A DNA stretch of 64,000 bases from Malacoraja senta (taxonomy: Eukaryota). The DNA lies in assembly GCA_038087875.1 (NCBI GenBank), contig JAXLNO010005534.1:1-64000 (forward strand). The letters are read 5' to 3'. Of the stretch, positions 61,280 through 64,000 are shown piece after piece. How positions within the stretch are numbered: the stretch's first letter is position 1; every line of letters starts with the position of its first letter. The translations under genes were made by a program, and so were the position numbers. The notes beneath the pieces are model-generated. The model saw only the letters and a list, made by a program, of their open reading frames with translations. It was not told where the DNA came from and did no database searches.

Positions 61280-62232
61280 ACATAGAAACATAGAAAATAG
61301 GTACAGGAGTAGGCCATTCGGCCCTTCGAGCCTGCACCGCCATTCAATATGATCATGGCTGATCATCCAACTCAGTATCCCGTACCTGCCTTCTCTCCAT
61401 ACCACCTGATCCCTTTAGCCACAAGGGCCACATCTAACTCCCTCTTAAATACAGCCAATGAACTGGCCTCAACTACCCTCTGTGGCAGAGAGTTCCAGAG
61501 ATTCACCACTCTCTGTGTGAAAAAGTTTTTTCTCATCTCGGTCTTAAAGGATTTCCCCCTTATCCTTAAGCTGTGACCCCTTGAATTGAATTGAATTGAA
61601 TGCTGTTTATTGTCATTCAAGCCTAGGCTTGAACGAAATTTCATTCCTACAGTTTTGTTTTACATTACAAAAAATCACAAGACCCACACTTAACACAGTT
61701 TACATAAACATCCAAACATTGTCCTGGACTTCCCCAACATCGGGAACAATCTTCCTGCATCTAGCCTGTCCAACCCCATAAGAATTTTGTACGTTTCTAT
61801 AAGATCCCCTCTCAATCTCCTAAATTCTAGCGAGTACAAGCCGAGTCTATCCAGTCTTTCTTCATATGAAAGTCCTGACATCCCAGGAATCATTCTGGTG
61901 AACCTTCTCTGCACTCCCTCTATGGCTATAATGTCCTTCCTCAGATTTGGAGACCAAAACTGTACGCAATACTCCAGGTGTGGTCTCACCAAGACCCTGT
62001 ACAACTGCAGTAGAACCTCCCTGCTCCTATACTCAAATCCTTTTACTATGAAAGCTAACATACCATTCGCTTTCTTCACTGCCTGCTGCACCTGCATGCC
62101 TACTTTCAATGACTGGTGTACCATGACACCCAGGTCTCGCTGCATCTCTCCTTTTCCCAATCGGCCACCATTTAGATAATAGTCTGCTTTCCTCTTTTTG
62201 CCACCAAAGTGGATAACCTCACATTTATCCAC
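61280..62232 (-). mobile_element. Young CR1 LINE (same subfamily as 7817-10060) with a nested ~130-bp L2-type tail insertion
   Basis: Near-identical ORF piece 61690-62232 and 3' UTR. AGAT duplication at 61276-61279 and 62233-62236. (TTGAA)n-tailed insert at about 61583-61716. Confidence 0.9.
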
Positions 62233-62234
62233 AG

Positions 62235-62363
62235 ATGTTGCTGCAGAAGGTGAAGGAAATTGAATCTGCTGTGGAAATCAGTTGTGAGCAGCTGATGCAG
62301 TCTGGAAACTGCAGAGCTGCGCTGCAGCAGTTTCCAGACTGCATCAGCTGCTCACAACGATAG
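62235..62363 (+). pseudogene. Probable disrupted coding exon of an unidentified coiled-coil protein gene
   Basis: Reads MLLQKVKEIESAVEISCEQLMQSGNCRAALQQ, then runs into an inverted duplication and TAG. The original-looking acceptor tttctattcctag is displaced to 61277 by the LINE. Confidence 0.45.
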
Positions 62364-63091
62364 AGATAAATAACTCATTTAAGGGCCTGTCCCACTAGGC
62401 AATTTTTTCGGTGACTGCCGGCGTCATATCAGTGTCATCACGCCACAAATGTTTTGGTGTTGATGTTGTCGGCCACAATATCTGCAGATGCATCAAGATG
62501 CCCCTGGGGTGTGGCACAGCAGCAGGTTTGCCTGTGGCTGAGCTGTGTGCAGTATAACGCTGATGCTGTGTGTTTACAGCCATGAGTGGAGTAGCAGTAG
62601 ACCTGGGGAGGGGGGCTTCGTCGGTTGCTGCGTGAAACCGGTCAACGTTGTTTTTAGTTTAGAGGTACAGCGTGGAAACACGCCCTTCGGCCCACCGAGT
62701 CCGTGCAGACCAACGATCACCCTTACACCGGTAGTCAGGATTGAACCCGTGTCTCTGGCGCTGTAAGGCCGTAGCTCTACTCTGCACCACCATGCTGCCT
62801 CTGCTCCTGCACCCTGATGACTTGCTTTGTCCTGTATAGGACAGATTTTGTCTGGGCCACAGCCAGACATAAAAACAGTATTTTTCCACAAGCAGTAGCT
62901 CGACTCAACAGCCAAAAGTCTGTAGCCTCTTTTAATCTGGTACTTTATTTCCACATGTTTAAATTATAATGTTTTATTTTTAAATGTCCACTGTATATCT
63001 TGTTTTTATCCTTGCAAGCAAAGCATCAAGGCAAGTTCTTGTATGTATGCATACTTGGCTAATAAAATTATATTGATTATTATTATTATAG

Positions 63092-63248
63092 GTTGACAGA
63101 TGAGCAGAAGCAGCTACTGACTGCACTGGTGCTGCTGGAGGAGCAGTTTAGCCAGACACGGCTGGAGCTGCAGGCTGTACGTGCGGCACAGAAGGACATG
63201 GACTCCAGCATGCAAGCTTTGGAAAGCAGACTTAAAAGTATGACTGAT
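63092..63248 (+). CDS. Internal coding exon of an unidentified coiled-coil protein
   Basis: Acceptor tattattatag|G, donor GAT|GTAAGT, 157 nt with an open frame. Translation LTDEQKQLLTALVLLEEQFSQTRLELQAVRAAQKDMDSSMQALESRLKSMTD shows a heptad pattern and GC-rich codon usage. Confidence 0.72.
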
Positions 63249-64000
63249 GTAAGTTTTCCCAAATAGTTTTTTATTTAACTGTAAAAGGCCAAAATTTAGC
63301 ACTTCTTCTGCCTTGGAGATGATCAAAGAGATTGAGGTGAAGAGGAAAGTGTGGAAAGTATCTTGCCCTCTTTCCTCCCCTTCTTTAACACCCAACTCTC
63401 ACTCTCTCCCTCCCTCTCTACTGTGTTCTTCCCTTTCTCTCACTGTCTCTCCTTTCCCCCCTCTGCTCCTTTCCCTGTGTTCACGACGTGGTGTCCTCAA
63501 CATTGGAGATACCAAACAGGCACTGGGTTCAATCCAAGGGGCACTCCTGAGCTTCCTGTTATCTCATTCTGACTCTTGGATGTGGGAGTGACTGAACAGT
63601 CTGTGACTTCCTGCACTGTTGCAATGAGGCTCAAAGCAATCTTGAGGAATGGCATCTCACCTTCCATTTGGGCTCATCGCAGTCCTCTGGGCTTGAACGG
63701 AATTTGATAATCTTGGGTAACTTGATTCCTCTGTTAGTATCAGTTGTCCATTTGTGATAATTGCGTTGGTTTGTTTTTTTAAATCTCTATCCAAATGTGG
63801 AGGGCATGTCCATGCTGACCTGCCAGACATGTCTTGTCTGAAAAGCGTCTCCACCAGAAACGTCACCCATTCCTTCTCTCCAGAGATGCAGCCTGTCCCG
63901 TTGTCTATCTTCGGTTTAAACAGCATCTGCCATTCCTTCCTAGACATGTCTTCTTGCTCTGCATTTTGCAACTGCTACGATCTTTGTCTATTTGTCTCAT

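Noticed and set aside
63092-63248. Assigning the coiled-coil exon to a TRIM or a known MHC-region gene (e.g. CCHCR1, VPS52)
   Set aside because: Exon size and sequence do not match anything I can recognise, so it is left unnamed pending BLAST.

Overview
Repeat-dense vertebrate genomic DNA, most likely a cartilaginous fish such as a skate or ray. This is inferred from the tRNA-derived V-SINE / CR1-LINE pair resembling HE1/HER1 and from the shark-type MHC exon sizes. The main host gene is a minus-strand, intron-containing MHC class I-like gene. Its alpha1 (36218-35958), alpha2 (34200-33925), alpha3 (32720-32448) and TM/cytoplasmic (23217-22988) exons have canonical phase-1 splice sites. It has lost most peptide-anchoring residues, so it is non-classical. 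A candidate leader exon with a kB-like site and a TATA box lies at about 40.84-40.96 kb but contains an in-frame stop. A full-length L1 with a 15-bp TSD sits in sense orientation 50 nt upstream of the TM-exon acceptor, and the end of the cytoplasmic tail appears to be donated by a CR1 fragment. The rest is nested mobile DNA: young and old CR1 LINEs, L2 pieces, a Penelope-like element (RT + GIY-YIG), a Tc1 remnant, a 3-kb hAT with TIRs and 8-bp TSD, and many SINEs. More than ten dispersed Penelope-derived short repeats carry a minimal hammerhead-ribozyme core, and a 66-bp tandem array is built from the same repeat. Also present are a CpG-rich first exon of a left-pointing gene at about 16.8 kb and two coiled-coil exons of an unidentified plus-strand gene at 62-63 kb, one hit by a LINE exactly at its splice acceptor. 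All calls are by eye; no searches were run.
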